Source: Patescibacteria group bacterium
GTDB taxonomy: Bacteria > Patescibacteriota > Saccharimonadia > UBA4664
Direction: 5' to 3'
DNA length: 64,000 nucleotides
Assembly: GCA_028288925.1 (NCBI GenBank)
Contig: JAQGHG010000010.1
Location: 8,057-72,056 of the forward strand
Below are positions 9,132 through 20,030 of the stretch, piece by piece. Position 1 is the stretch's first letter. Each line of letters begins with the position of its first letter. The notes under the pieces are model-generated. The model ran no database searches, was not told the DNA's origin, and worked only from the letters and a program-made list of their open reading frames with translations. The position numbers and the translations under genes are program-made.

Positions 9132-9156
9132 GAGAGTATTATACCTCATACTTCTA

Positions 9157-9185
9157 TTGACATGGATAGCGCTTTGTGTTACTAT
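9157..9185 (+). promoter_or_regulatory. Near-consensus sigma70 promoter
   Basis: TTGACA (9157-9162), 17-nt spacer, TACTAT (9180-9185). Confidence 0.7.
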
Positions 9186-9216
9186 GTGTTTACTCGAAAG
9201 AGTACCCCCCCTGTTC

Positions 9217-9456
9217 ATGCGGCTGATGGCCGCTGACGAAAGGCTTGAAAAAATGGCCGACCGCGCAGACTCCCCGAGGCCGTTCGAATTCGACATCCTG
9301 GAGGCGCCCTCTACTACGAGTCTCAAGCAGGCTCTGGCCTCCCTCCTAAGGGTGACCGGCCTCGGCATCGCGGATGTGGACTTGCAGTACATCGCCTTTG
9401 ATGGCCCCAAAGGTGCCGTGTTCACGCTCCTGGTCACGCGCAAGAGCGCCATGTGA
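9217..9456 (+). CDS. Small hypothetical protein (start 9217 or 9226)
   Basis: Lies downstream of the consensus promoter, has C-rich coding-like codon usage, and is followed by a terminator. Confidence 0.5.
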   Translation: MRLMAADERLEKMADRADSPRPFEFDILEAPSTTSLKQALASLLRVTGLGIADVDLQYIAFDGPKGAVFTLLVTRKSAM

Positions 9457-9522
9457 CCCACCCGCCTCTCCCCATCCAGCCGCCTATGGCTGTGCGGGGA
9501 GAGGCCACCCCAGCACTTATAC

Positions 9523-9553
9523 CAAAAAAGACCCGCGCCTGGCGGGTCTTTTT
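9523..9553. terminator. Bidirectional intrinsic terminator
   Basis: AAAAAAGACCCGC-GCCTG-GCGGGTCTTTTT between convergent genes. Confidence 0.85.
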
Positions 9554-9573
9554 GTGCTGACGAGGCGGCTGCC

Positions 9574-9843
9574 TTAAGCGGCCTGGTCGAAGTCTTCTTG
9601 GGTCTCTTTGGCGGTGTTGCTATCGCCGCGGTGGCTGTTCTTGCCACCTTCGCTAGCGACTTTGCGTACCTCATCCTTGTCGCGGTTGGCGAAGTTGCCG
9701 GGGTTGTTTTCCTTACCCTGCTTCTGGCCAATCTCCGAGTAGAACTCCGGACCGCGTTCGTCGCGGACCTTCTCGCCGCCTTTGCGGCCGGCCTCGGCCG
9801 TGGTCATTGTGTCGTCTTTTTGGTCGTCATTCTTGGTTGCCAT
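9574..9843 (-). CDS. KGG-repeat general stress protein (GsiB/YmdF-like)
   Basis: EAGRKGG, GPEFYSEIG, NPGNFAN and ASEGGK motifs; AGGAGG RBS. Confidence 0.88.
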   Translation of the reverse strand: MATKNDDQKDDTMTTAEAGRKGGEKVRDERGPEFYSEIGQKQGKENNPGNFANRDKDEVRKVASEGGKNSHRGDSNTAKETQEDFDQAA

Positions 9844-9986
9844 AATTATCTTCCTCCTTACGTGGTACCTAAATTACCAGCTTGAGCGGCGCAGCGTAAC
9901 TGGTGATCTCACAAAGTGGACGGTGGACCATGGAAGATAATACTGTCATAACAGTATAAGCGCTTTAACCATTGATGAAGCTGGTC

Positions 9987-12845
9987 CTATGTGTGAACCG
10001 CTGTTTTGGAAGTCTTTTTGGCAGCCGCTGCCTCGAAGATGCGCTTGAGGTATTTGCCGGTATGACTACCGGTTTCTTTGGCGACTTGCTCGGGTGTGCC
10101 GAGGGCGATGACCATGCCGCCGCCGGAGCCGCCTTCGGGGCCCATGTCGATGAGCCAGTCGGAGCATTTGATGACGTCCAAGTTGTGCTCGATAACGAGC
10201 ACCGTGTTGCCGGTATCGACCAGCGCGTTGAGCACTCCCAGCAGGCGGTTGACGTCCTCGAAGTGGAGGCCGGTGGTGGGCTCGTCGAGGATATAGAGGG
10301 TGCGGCCGGTGCTGCGGCGGGCGAGCTCGGCGGCGAGCTTGATACGCTGGGCCTCACCACCGGAAAAGGTAGTAGCGGACTGGCCGAGGTGGATGTAGCC
10401 TAGGCCGACTTTGTTGAGGGTGTCGAATTTGCGGCGGATGGCCGGATGGTTCTCGAAGAAGGTGACGGCTTCTTCGACGGTCATATCGAGCACGTCGGAG
10501 ATGTTTTTGCCTTTGTAGTGGATCTCGAGCGCTTCCCGATTGTAGCGCTTGCCTTTGCACTCTTCGCAGGTCACGTACACATCGGGCAGGAAGTGCATCT
10601 CGATCTTGATGATGCCGTCGCCACGGCAGAGCTCGCAGCGGCCGCCTTTGACATTGAAGCTGAACCGGCCGGCTTTGTAGCCACGTATTTTGGCCTCGGG
10701 GGTCTGGGCGAACAGCTCGCGGATGTCGGCGAAGACGCCGGTGTAGGTGGCGGGGTTGGAGCGCGGGGTGCGGCCGATGGGCGATTGATCGACGCTAATG
10801 ACCTTGTCGAGATTTTTGAGGCCTTGGATCTCATCGTGCTTGCCGGGGAGGTCGCCGGCACGGTGGTAAACTTGGGCGAGTTTCTTGGCCAGGATGTCGT
10901 TGACGAGGCTGGATTTGCCCGAGCCGGACACGCCGGTCACGCTCACCAGCATGCCGAGCGGGATGGTGACGTCGACATTCTGGAGGTTGTGCTCGCGGGC
11001 GTTTTTGATGATGAGCTGCTTGTGGTTGCCTGGGCGGCGCTTGGTGGGCGTCATGATGGCCTTGGTGCCGGAGAGGTATTGGCCGGTGAGGCTGCCGGGG
11101 GTAGCGGCTACCTCTTCGGGGGTGCCGGCCGCCACGATCTCGCCGCCGTGCTCGCCCGCCGCGGGGCCCACATCGATGACGTAGTCGGCCATACGGATGG
11201 TATCTTCATCGTGCTCGACGACGATGACGGTGTTACCAAGCTCGCGCAACCGTATGAGTGTGGCGATGAGGCGGTCGTTGTCGCGCTGGTGGAGGCCGAT
11301 GCTTGGCTCATCGAGGATGTAGAGCACGCCCATCAGGCTAGAGCCGATCTGGGTGGCCAGCCGGATGCGCTGAGCCTCGCCGCCAGCTAGCGTGTTGGCA
11401 CTGCGGTCGAGCGTGAGGTAGTTGAGGCCGACGTCGCGTAGGAAGGTCAGGCGGGCGCATATCTCTTTGAGAATTTGGACGGCGATTTGAGCTTCGCGCG
11501 GCCCTAATTCCAGTGTTTCGAACAGCTTGGCCGCCTCGCCGATAGAAAGCATGGTGAGGTCAACGATGGATTTGCCACCCACCGTCACGGCCAGGATTTC
11601 GGGCTTGAGGCGCTTGCCGTGGCAAACGGGGCATTCGCGCTCGGCCATGTATTTTTCGATCTCTTTGCGCACGAATTCCGAATCGGTCTCATGGTAGCGC
11701 CGCTCCATATTGGGGATCACACCTTCGTAGACGGTGTGATAGGTGCGGCCGCCGGGGCCGCGCATGGTGATCTCGGCGTCACCGGAGCCATACAGGATGA
11801 CACGCAGGTCGGCCGGCTTCATGTCCTGGACCGGCGTGTCGAGCGAGAAGTCGTAGGTCTTGGCGACGCCCTCGAGCAGCTTGGTGTACCAGCTGAGGCG
11901 GCTAGTGGTCTTGGCCCACGGCCGGATGGCGCCTTCGGCCAGGGTGAGACGGCGGTTGGGTATGACGACTTCGGGATCGACCTCGAGCTTGGTGCCGAGC
12001 CCGGTGCAGTGCGGGCAGGCGCCGTGGGGCGAGTTGAACGAGAAGTTGCGCGGCGCGATCTCGGGCAGCGAGATTTCGCGGTGTACCGGGCAGGCATAGT
12101 GCTCGGAGTGAATGTGCTCGGTGCCGTCTTCTGCTTGGAGCACTTTGATGATGCCGTCGCTGAGGTTGAGGCCGTGCTCCACGCTCTCGGTGAGGCGCTG
12201 GCGAATTTCGGCGTCGACGGCCACGCGGTCGACCACGGCTTCGACGGTATGCTTCTTTTGTTTGTCGAGAGCCGGGAACTCATCAATATCCATAACGGCG
12301 CCGTCGACGCGCAGCCGCGTGTAGCCGGCCTTCTTGAGCTCGGCCACTACCTGGCGATGCTCGCCTTTTTTGTCGTCTATGACCGGCGCGATTAGCATAA
12401 CCCGCGTACCGGCCGGGAGTTCGAGGATTTGGTCGACGATCTGGCCGGGCGTCTGGCGGGTGACTTCGTTGCCGCAAATAGGACAATGCGGTATACCCAC
12501 GCGGGCATAGAGCAAACGCAGGTAATCATAAATTTCGGTGACGGTACCGACGGTAGAGCGAGGGTTGCGCGAGGAGCTCTTCTGGTCGATGGAGATGGCC
12601 GGACTTAAGCCGTCAATCTGGTCGACGTCGGGCTTCTCCATAAGGCCAAGGAATTGCCGCGCGTAGGCCGAAAGCGATTCGACATAGCGGCGCTGACCTT
12701 CGGCATAGATGGTATCGAAGGCAAGCGACGATTTGCCCGAGCCGGAAAGGCCGGTAATAACGACGAGTTTATCGCGCGGTATCTCGACGTCGATATTTTT
12801 GAGGTTGTGTTCCCGGGCGCCCCGGACAACGATCTTATCTGTCAT
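9987..12845 (-). CDS. uvrA: Excinuclease ABC subunit A
   Basis: GAREHNLKN, two Walker A motifs ([18 protein letters not shown]), Zn fingers. Start MTDKI follows GGGAGG. Confidence 0.98.
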   Translation of the reverse strand: MTDKIVVRGAREHNLKNIDVEIPRDKLVVITGLSGSGKSSLAFDTIYAEGQRRYVESLSAYARQFLGLMEKPDVDQIDGLSPAISIDQKSSSRNPRSTVGTVTEIYDYLRLLYARVGIPHCPICGNEVTRQTPGQIVDQILELPAGTRVMLIAPVIDDKKGEHRQVVAELKKAGYTRLRVDGAVMDIDEFPALDKQKKHTVEAVVDRVAVDAEIRQRLTESVEHGLNLSDGIIKVLQAEDGTEHIHSEHYACPVHREISLPEIAPRNFSFNSPHGACPHCTGLGTKLEVDPEVVIPNRRLTLAEGAIRPWAKTTSRLSWYTKLLEGVAKTYDFSLDTPVQDMKPADLRVILYGSGDAEITMRGPGGRTYHTVYEGVIPNMERRYHETDSEFVRKEIEKYMAERECPVCHGKRLKPEILAVTVGGKSIVDLTMLSIGEAAKLFETLELGPREAQIAVQILKEICARLTFLRDVGLNYLTLDRSANTLAGGEAQRIRLATQIGSSLMGVLYILDEPSIGLHQRDNDRLIATLIRLRELGNTVIVVEHDEDTIRMADYVIDVGPAAGEHGGEIVAAGTPEEVAATPGSLTGQYLSGTKAIMTPTKRRPGNHKQLIIKNAREHNLQNVDVTIPLGMLVSVTGVSGSGKSSLVNDILAKKLAQVYHRAGDLPGKHDEIQGLKNLDKVISVDQSPIGRTPRSNPATYTGVFADIRELFAQTPEAKIRGYKAGRFSFNVKGGRCELCRGDGIIKIEMHFLPDVYVTCEECKGKRYNREALEIHYKGKNISDVLDMTVEEAVTFFENHPAIRRKFDTLNKVGLGYIHLGQSATTFSGGEAQRIKLAAELARRSTGRTLYILDEPTTGLHFEDVNRLLGVLNALVDTGNTVLVIEHNLDVIKCSDWLIDMGPEGGSGGGMVIALGTPEQVAKETGSHTGKYLKRIFEAAAAKKTSKTAVHT

Positions 12846-12883
12846 ATACCTCCCCACCCCGGGCAAAATGGCCCGGACATTAC

Positions 12884-12898
12884 GAACAGGAATTGTAC
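12884..12898. promoter_or_regulatory. LexA-type direct-repeat SOS box upstream of uvrA
   Basis: GAAC-aggaatt-GTAC, 39 nt upstream of the uvrA start. Confidence 0.7.
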
Positions 12899-12965
12899 AC
12901 ATATTTAGTGCATTTTGCAATGGTAGGCTGTGACGAAACGACCGGCCTACCTTCGCCATTATGCC

Positions 12966-12980
12966 GAACGTTTACCGAAC
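12966..12980. promoter_or_regulatory. Second LexA-type box in the uvrA divergent region
   Basis: GAAC-gtttacc-GAAC. Confidence 0.65.
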
Positions 12981-13084
12981 ATACAAGTATTGTCATATTT
13001 GCAATTTTAGTTTATAGTTACAGTGCTTTCACGAGATCCTCTCGAGAAGTAGCCCCTACTACCCTCCCGAAGGGAGGTTGTCTT

Positions 13085-13894
13085 ATGCCCAAGCCCGACT
13101 GGCTGCTCATCTACGACGAAGGGCGCGCCCGTCGAATCCAGTTCCGGATCGGTGTATTCATCTGGGACGCGGCCGTAATAGCCACGCTCATGTGGTGCAT
13201 CCGCCACGGCGCCGGACCGGTTGCTTTTGCCCTTGTGGCATTCGCGGGACCGATCATGGTGTTCGCCCTTGCCAAGTACGAGGGCGGTAAGCTGAGGGAA
13301 TTCTGGGACCTGCGCAAGTTGTCCTGGGGATTCCTCTCCCAGGCTTTCGTGCTAGGGCCCCTGACGTGGCTCGAAGCGTCTCAGTGGGACTCGCTTGGTC
13401 CAAACCCTAGCTGGGTCCCCGACTGGATTCCCGACCAGTGGTACGACACCTGGCAGTGGACGGTCGTCTGCAGCGCGGCCGGCGCGGCTTTCACGGCCGC
13501 AGTCCGGATCGGCGAACGCGTCAACTTCGACCCGCTGCGGTATCACGGGCGCGGCAAAACGTATCATGATGTGGGAGCACACATGATCGTGATCACGGTT
13601 CCCGTGCTCTTCGGTGCGATCCCGCTCCTCATCAACGGGCACTGGGGCCTGATATCGGTGCCGGTGCTGGTGTCAGTACTCGTTCTGTCGTGGCTCGGAC
13701 TGGGTCAGGTTGACCTCAAACGGGCCAAGCTGGTCGGCAGCAAGTGGAGGATGGTACGCGAACTCCTCCACGCCCAGATCGACCAACACGGCAGGTCGAT
13801 CATCCCATCGATTCCAAACCTCCCCAACATGAAGGAGTACCTGAAGATGAGAGCCCAGAAGCTCGACTACGGCGGCCCCTACCGCCCTGGGTGA
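13085..13894 (+). CDS. Hypothetical multi-pass membrane protein
   Basis: GGGAGG RBS before MPKPDW; about 6 hydrophobic segments; Trp-rich. Confidence 0.7.
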   Translation: MPKPDWLLIYDEGRARRIQFRIGVFIWDAAVIATLMWCIRHGAGPVAFALVAFAGPIMVFALAKYEGGKLREFWDLRKLSWGFLSQAFVLGPLTWLEASQWDSLGPNPSWVPDWIPDQWYDTWQWTVVCSAAGAAFTAAVRIGERVNFDPLRYHGRGKTYHDVGAHMIVITVPVLFGAIPLLINGHWGLISVPVLVSVLVLSWLGLGQVDLKRAKLVGSKWRMVRELLHAQIDQHGRSIIPSIPNLPNMKEYLKMRAQKLDYGGPYRPG

Positions 13895-13962
13895 TCCAAG
13901 GGGGGTGTGGTGTCCCGGCCGGCTGCTTCAGCTGGTTGGGGCGCCTTCCTATGGAATTATTC

Positions 13963-13999
13963 AAAAAACTCCTCGCCTAACGAGCTGGGAGTTTTTTTG
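13963..13999 (+). terminator. Intrinsic terminator
   Basis: AAAAAACTCC...GGAGTTTTTTT stem with U-tract. Confidence 0.65.
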
Positions 14000-14096
14000 A
14001 TCTATATGATAATGACGGGGGCGCCCCAGTCCGTCAGCCGCAATGAGGGCGGATCTTCAGTTGTCCCCAGCGTCACAACCAGGTAGCATAAGGGTA

Positions 14097-14933
14097 ATGA
14101 TTCGCCACACTGTCACCGTTATGGGTAAGGAAGTTGCTTATTGGGAGCGCAATCCCAGTATGCCGCGGACGATTGTGATGTTGCATGGCTTCCGTGGGAA
14201 CCATAAGGGGCTCACAGATATGGTGCAGCATTTCCCCGGGTTTCGGCTGATCATGCCAGACCTGCCGGGGTACGGCGAGTCCGAGACGCTGTTTGTGCCG
14301 CACACGCTCACGAATTACGCGCGGTGGCTGGATGAGTTCGTGGGCGAGCTGGACTTGGAAGATTGGGTGAGCTGGAGCCACTCGTATAGCGGTAGTATCG
14401 CGCTGATTCAGGCCGCTGAGGGCGCCCACAAACCGGCCGCCGTGGTGAGCGTGTCGCTGGCGGCGGTGCGGCGCGATGTGGCGAGCGCGGTGAGTACGCT
14501 GTACTACTGGGTCGGTCAATTTTTGCCGCATAGAGTGCGCCGGCGCTGGATTGCCAGCCGCACCGTAGACCACGCCACGGGGCGATGGCTGTTTATGACC
14601 GCCACCACCCGGCGGCGCAAAGCACTCATGAGGCGCGGTGACCGCAACTTGCCCATCCTCAACGTGCAAGTAGTGACCGAAGAATACATGAGTGCCCGGC
14701 AGACTCCGCTGGAGCCCTATGCCGCGGCGGTGGATATGCCGGTGCTGATCGTCGCCGGCGCGCGGGATATCATTGTGCCGCTCAAACAGCTCGAACAGCT
14801 CGTGAGCCTAATGCCCGACGGCGCGCTGACGGTCATGGAAGACCAAGGCCACCTGGCGCCCATCGAGCGGCCGGCCGCCACGGCCACCATTACCAAGCGT
14901 TTTATCAATGGTTTAGAGGGATCGCGGCCCTAG
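14097..14933 (+). CDS. Alpha/beta fold hydrolase
   Basis: MLHGFRG, PDLPGYGES, SHSYSG nucleophile elbow, GARD and GHL triad residues. Confidence 0.9.
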   Translation: MIRHTVTVMGKEVAYWERNPSMPRTIVMLHGFRGNHKGLTDMVQHFPGFRLIMPDLPGYGESETLFVPHTLTNYARWLDEFVGELDLEDWVSWSHSYSGSIALIQAAEGAHKPAAVVSVSLAAVRRDVASAVSTLYYWVGQFLPHRVRRRWIASRTVDHATGRWLFMTATTRRRKALMRRGDRNLPILNVQVVTEEYMSARQTPLEPYAAAVDMPVLIVAGARDIIVPLKQLEQLVSLMPDGALTVMEDQGHLAPIERPAATATITKRFINGLEGSRP

Positions 14934-15361
14934 CGGTTGAGCGGTGTGAGGTCGGAGGTCGCGGTAATTACGGTGTAGGTAAAGCACTGCCGGCCCAGGC
15001 CGTGTTCACTGGGATCGGGCGACGTCCGAAGCTCGGGTACGGTGGGGCCGGTCGAGTTTTTATCTACGTGATGGACTGTCATAAAGGTGGCACAAAGTTG
15101 ATAATGAGTGTCGTCCAAACGGGCGTATGAGTATTCCGAGAGAGACCGCTTGAGCTTTTCGCTGCCAGTATTGATCTGACTCAGGCTGGACGGAAGCATA
15201 TTTTGGTTCGAATAATCAGTCTCAGCGCCCGATTGAAGGATGTTTAGGTCCGCGACCGCATCGGTGTCGTGCGCCGGACCGCGGCGCAGCATAATATTGC
15301 CGCCAATGGCCGCGGCCGTTACGAGAGCCAGCACCACGAAGAATATATAATACCGCTTCAT
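14930..15361 (-). CDS. Hypothetical secreted protein, partner of the DUF5671 gene
   Basis: N-terminal TM; YSY..YQLCATF..HGLGRQCF Cys pair; starts right after the DUF5671 stop. Confidence 0.7.
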   Translation of the reverse strand: MKRYYIFFVVLALVTAAAIGGNIMLRRGPAHDTDAVADLNILQSGAETDYSNQNMLPSSLSQINTGSEKLKRSLSEYSYARLDDTHYQLCATFMTVHHVDKNSTGPTVPELRTSPDPSEHGLGRQCFTYTVITATSDLTPLNR

Positions 15362-15362
15362 G

Positions 15363-16055
15363 CTAATTGTTCCCGCGCCGGTGCTCATCGTGCCAGTAAT
15401 AGGCGAATATACCGCCGGCAATGACAAGCGTTATGAGTAGGTGGATGAAGTTACCGAGGGGGCCGGTAGCGGCGGAACTGCCGAGGATGTTAAAATCGGT
15501 GGCGTTATTGCTGCCGGACATCAAGCTATAGACGAAGAAAATAATGTTGCCAAGACCGACCAGGAAAGTGATGACGAGCGTTAGCTGGACGGCGTGCTTG
15601 CGCGAGGGATCATTGTGGAGGCTAGCATCGCGGTGTTCGGCCCTCTGGAGGCGCAAGAACAGACCCGCGAAGACCGGCAGGCCCACCACGAGGGCAGCTA
15701 TAGCATACGAAGCAAAATAGTTATCAATCGAAGTATCCCCGCCTAACAAGGTATTGACGTTCGAGTGCAGTACAGAGCCAAGGGACAGCGCCGACACCGC
15801 CAGCGCGATGAACATGATGATGTATTCGAGGCCGCGGGTGGTGAAGTTCTGGACGACAGCCTGGGGTTGCCGAGCCGGGACGGCGGGGGCGTAGGCCGGT
15901 GGCGGGGGCGGAACCTGGAGCTCGCCGCCGCCCGAGAGGGCGACTTCTACCATACCTGGGTCCCAGCCGGCTTCAACCATGTCGGCTTTGATACGTTCGT
16001 CTTTGTGGCCTTTGCGGCGGGCAGACTCGATGTAGCTATGCAGCGCAGTATTCAC
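15363..16055 (-). CDS. DUF5671-like membrane protein
   Basis: LEYIIMFIAL, IAALVVGLP and IAGGIFAYYW motifs; N-terminal L.SYI..AR.KG..I...AGW domain. Confidence 0.75.
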   Translation of the reverse strand: MNTALHSYIESARRKGHKDERIKADMVEAGWDPGMVEVALSGGGELQVPPPPPAYAPAVPARQPQAVVQNFTTRGLEYIIMFIALAVSALSLGSVLHSNVNTLLGGDTSIDNYFASYAIAALVVGLPVFAGLFLRLQRAEHRDASLHNDPSRKHAVQLTLVITFLVGLGNIIFFVYSLMSGSNNATDFNILGSSAATGPLGNFIHLLITLVIAGGIFAYYWHDEHRRGNN

Positions 16056-16122
16056 GGAGAGCTCCCATTGTGTTGGAGCAATTGTGCGGCTAAAGTACTT
16101 GCGCTGTCAAATTAGACTGCGG

Positions 16123-16377
16123 CTAAAAGATCGAAGTGGAAGTCCCCGAGCTGGCCCTGTCGGCGTCCCGGGCGGCGGCATCGGCGCGGTCCTGAGCGGC
16201 TTGGGCGTCCCGGGCTACGTTTCGGGCTGTATCACGGGTGCTAGACGCCCCACGCTCCAGTTCGGTAGCCGTGTCACGAAGCGCCCGTGCTTGGTCTTCT
16301 AAACTGTCAGCTTGGTCTGTCTTGGCACGAGCCTCATCTTCCATTTCAGTGGCTTTACGGTCGAGATCCGGATCCAT
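16123..16377 (-). CDS. Small Ala/Asp/Arg-rich helical protein
   Basis: 84-aa hydrophilic ORF with a purine-rich RBS. Confidence 0.6.
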   Translation of the reverse strand: MDPDLDRKATEMEDEARAKTDQADSLEDQARALRDTATELERGASSTRDTARNVARDAQAAQDRADAAARDADRASSGTSTSIF

Positions 16378-16451
16378 ACCTTATCCCTTTCGCTTACAAC
16401 TTAGTATTTTAGCGAGGTTGGATAAAGTTCTCTTTGTGTATTCCTACAAGA

Positions 16452-18455
<2,004 letters not shown>

Positions 18456-18497
18456 ATCTTGCCGATTATACCATTGTCTGAATCTCAAAGCCTCTGG

Positions 18498-18566
18498 CGA
18501 GGTCCGACCTTGAGCGAACGACTGTAACTAAGCTTAGCCCGGTGGCTCGCTCAAGGTCGGACCTCG
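18498..18566. repeat. REP doublet (REPIN-like), perfect 20-bp inverted repeat
   Basis: CGAGGTCCGACCTTGAGCGA (18498-18517) and its exact reverse complement (18547-18566), 29-nt spacer; each arm contains an AGGTC-N-GACCT mini-palindrome. Confidence 0.8.
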
Positions 18567-18749
18567 GCTATTTGCCTATGGGGGAGGTGGGATCCAGACA
18601 CTCCTTATAGTGCAATGGTACAAAGTTTTGCGCCAAGATGATGATTTATTTTAGTTACTTTGCACAGTTCATGCACCCAGGACACCCGCGTAAAATGGCT
18701 TAGTAGAGCAATATTTTTCAAGGTGCGGCTATGAGAGTTACGTATTAGT

Positions 18750-20030
18750 ATGGCGGTCCGTTCGCCGGTTAGCCGCCGCCGGATTAGCTTGTGGATGCTG
18801 TTTTTCGTCGCGATATACGCGGTACTGATTGTTAAATTGATTACGTTTCAGCAGTACCAGACCGACCCATTGTTCAATGTGTACAGCATTACCATTTCGC
18901 TCTATATTTTGAGCCGGTTTGTATTGGCTTATTATTACGACGCCGCTTATTGGGAGACGGATCCGGAGTATGTGCCGACGGTGACGTTTGGCGTTCCGTC
19001 TAAGAATGAAGCGGCCGGCATCCGCTCGACCATTATGGGCATCGCCGCCGCCGACTACCCTAAGGACCGGTTTAATATCGTGGTGGTGAATGACGGCTCC
19101 ACCGACGACACGCTGGCCGAAATGTACGCGGCCCAAAAGGAGGCCCAGGCCATGGGCGTGGCGGTGGAAGTGGTGGATTGGGCGGTCAACCGCGGCAAGC
19201 GCGAGGGTATGGCCGAGTGCATCCGGCGCTCGGACCATGAAATCATCATCTTTATTGATTCGGACAGCTTAATCGAGCCGGAAACCACCCGCGAGATGGT
19301 CAAGTACTTCACCGATCCCAAGATCGGCGCCGTGACGGCTCATGGCTATGTGGCCAACGCCGAAAAGAATTTACTGACGAAGATGCAGGCCATGAAGTAC
19401 TTTGTCTCGTTTCGGGCGTACAAGGGGGCCGAGTCGCTGTTTGGCTGTGTGACCTGTTGCAGTGGCTGTGGCGCCGCCTACCGGCGCGAGAGCCTGACGG
19501 CGGTGGTGGATGAGTGGCGGCAGCAGCGGTTCCTGGGCGCCCTGTGCACCTTCGGCGACGACCGCGCGCTGACCAACCTCGTGCTGCGCCAGGGCCTGAA
19601 GGCCGTCTACGCGTCCGAGGCGCGGGTGTACACCAAGGTGCCGGAGTCCTGGCGGGTGTACATGACGCAGCAAATGCGCTGGAAGAAATCGTGGATCCGC
19701 GAGAGTCTGCGGGCGAGCTTGTTTATGTGGCGCAAGCATCCCATTATGGCGGTGTCGTATTATGTGGGGCTGATTTTGCCGTTTTTGGCGCCGCTGGTGA
19801 TTCTGCGGGCGGTGGTGTATTACCCCTCGTTTACGCATCATTTGCCGGTTTTTTATCTGTTTGGTTTGGGGCTAATGGGTCTGATTTACGGCCTGTACTA
19901 CCGGCTGTACACCGATGAGCGCGATTGGGTGGCGGGGACGCTGGCGACGTCGTTCTTTGCCATCGTGCTGATCGCGCAATTCCCCTACGCGCTGGCCAAC
20001 ATCCGGGACGGCCGCTGGGGGACGCGATGA
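18750..20030 (+). CDS. Processive GT2 of the hyaluronan synthase/NodC type
   Basis: NDGSTD, NRGKREG, DSDS, CCSGCGAAYR, FGDDRALTN and QQMRWKKSW motifs; TM helices at both ends. Confidence 0.9.
   Translation: MAVRSPVSRRRISLWMLFFVAIYAVLIVKLITFQQYQTDPLFNVYSITISLYILSRFVLAYYYDAAYWETDPEYVPTVTFGVPSKNEAAGIRSTIMGIAAADYPKDRFNIVVVNDGSTDDTLAEMYAAQKEAQAMGVAVEVVDWAVNRGKREGMAECIRRSDHEIIIFIDSDSLIEPETTREMVKYFTDPKIGAVTAHGYVANAEKNLLTKMQAMKYFVSFRAYKGAESLFGCVTCCSGCGAAYRRESLTAVVDEWRQQRFLGALCTFGDDRALTNLVLRQGLKAVYASEARVYTKVPESWRVYMTQQMRWKKSWIRESLRASLFMWRKHPIMAVSYYVGLILPFLAPLVILRAVVYYPSFTHHLPVFYLFGLGLMGLIYGLYYRLYTDERDWVAGTLATSFFAIVLIAQFPYALANIRDGRWGTR

Noticed and set aside
9132-9731. 200-aa N-terminal extension of UvrC in the ORF track
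   Set aside because: It overlaps the KGG gene, a terminator and a divergent promoter; the GIY-YIG domain starts at MTDHL.
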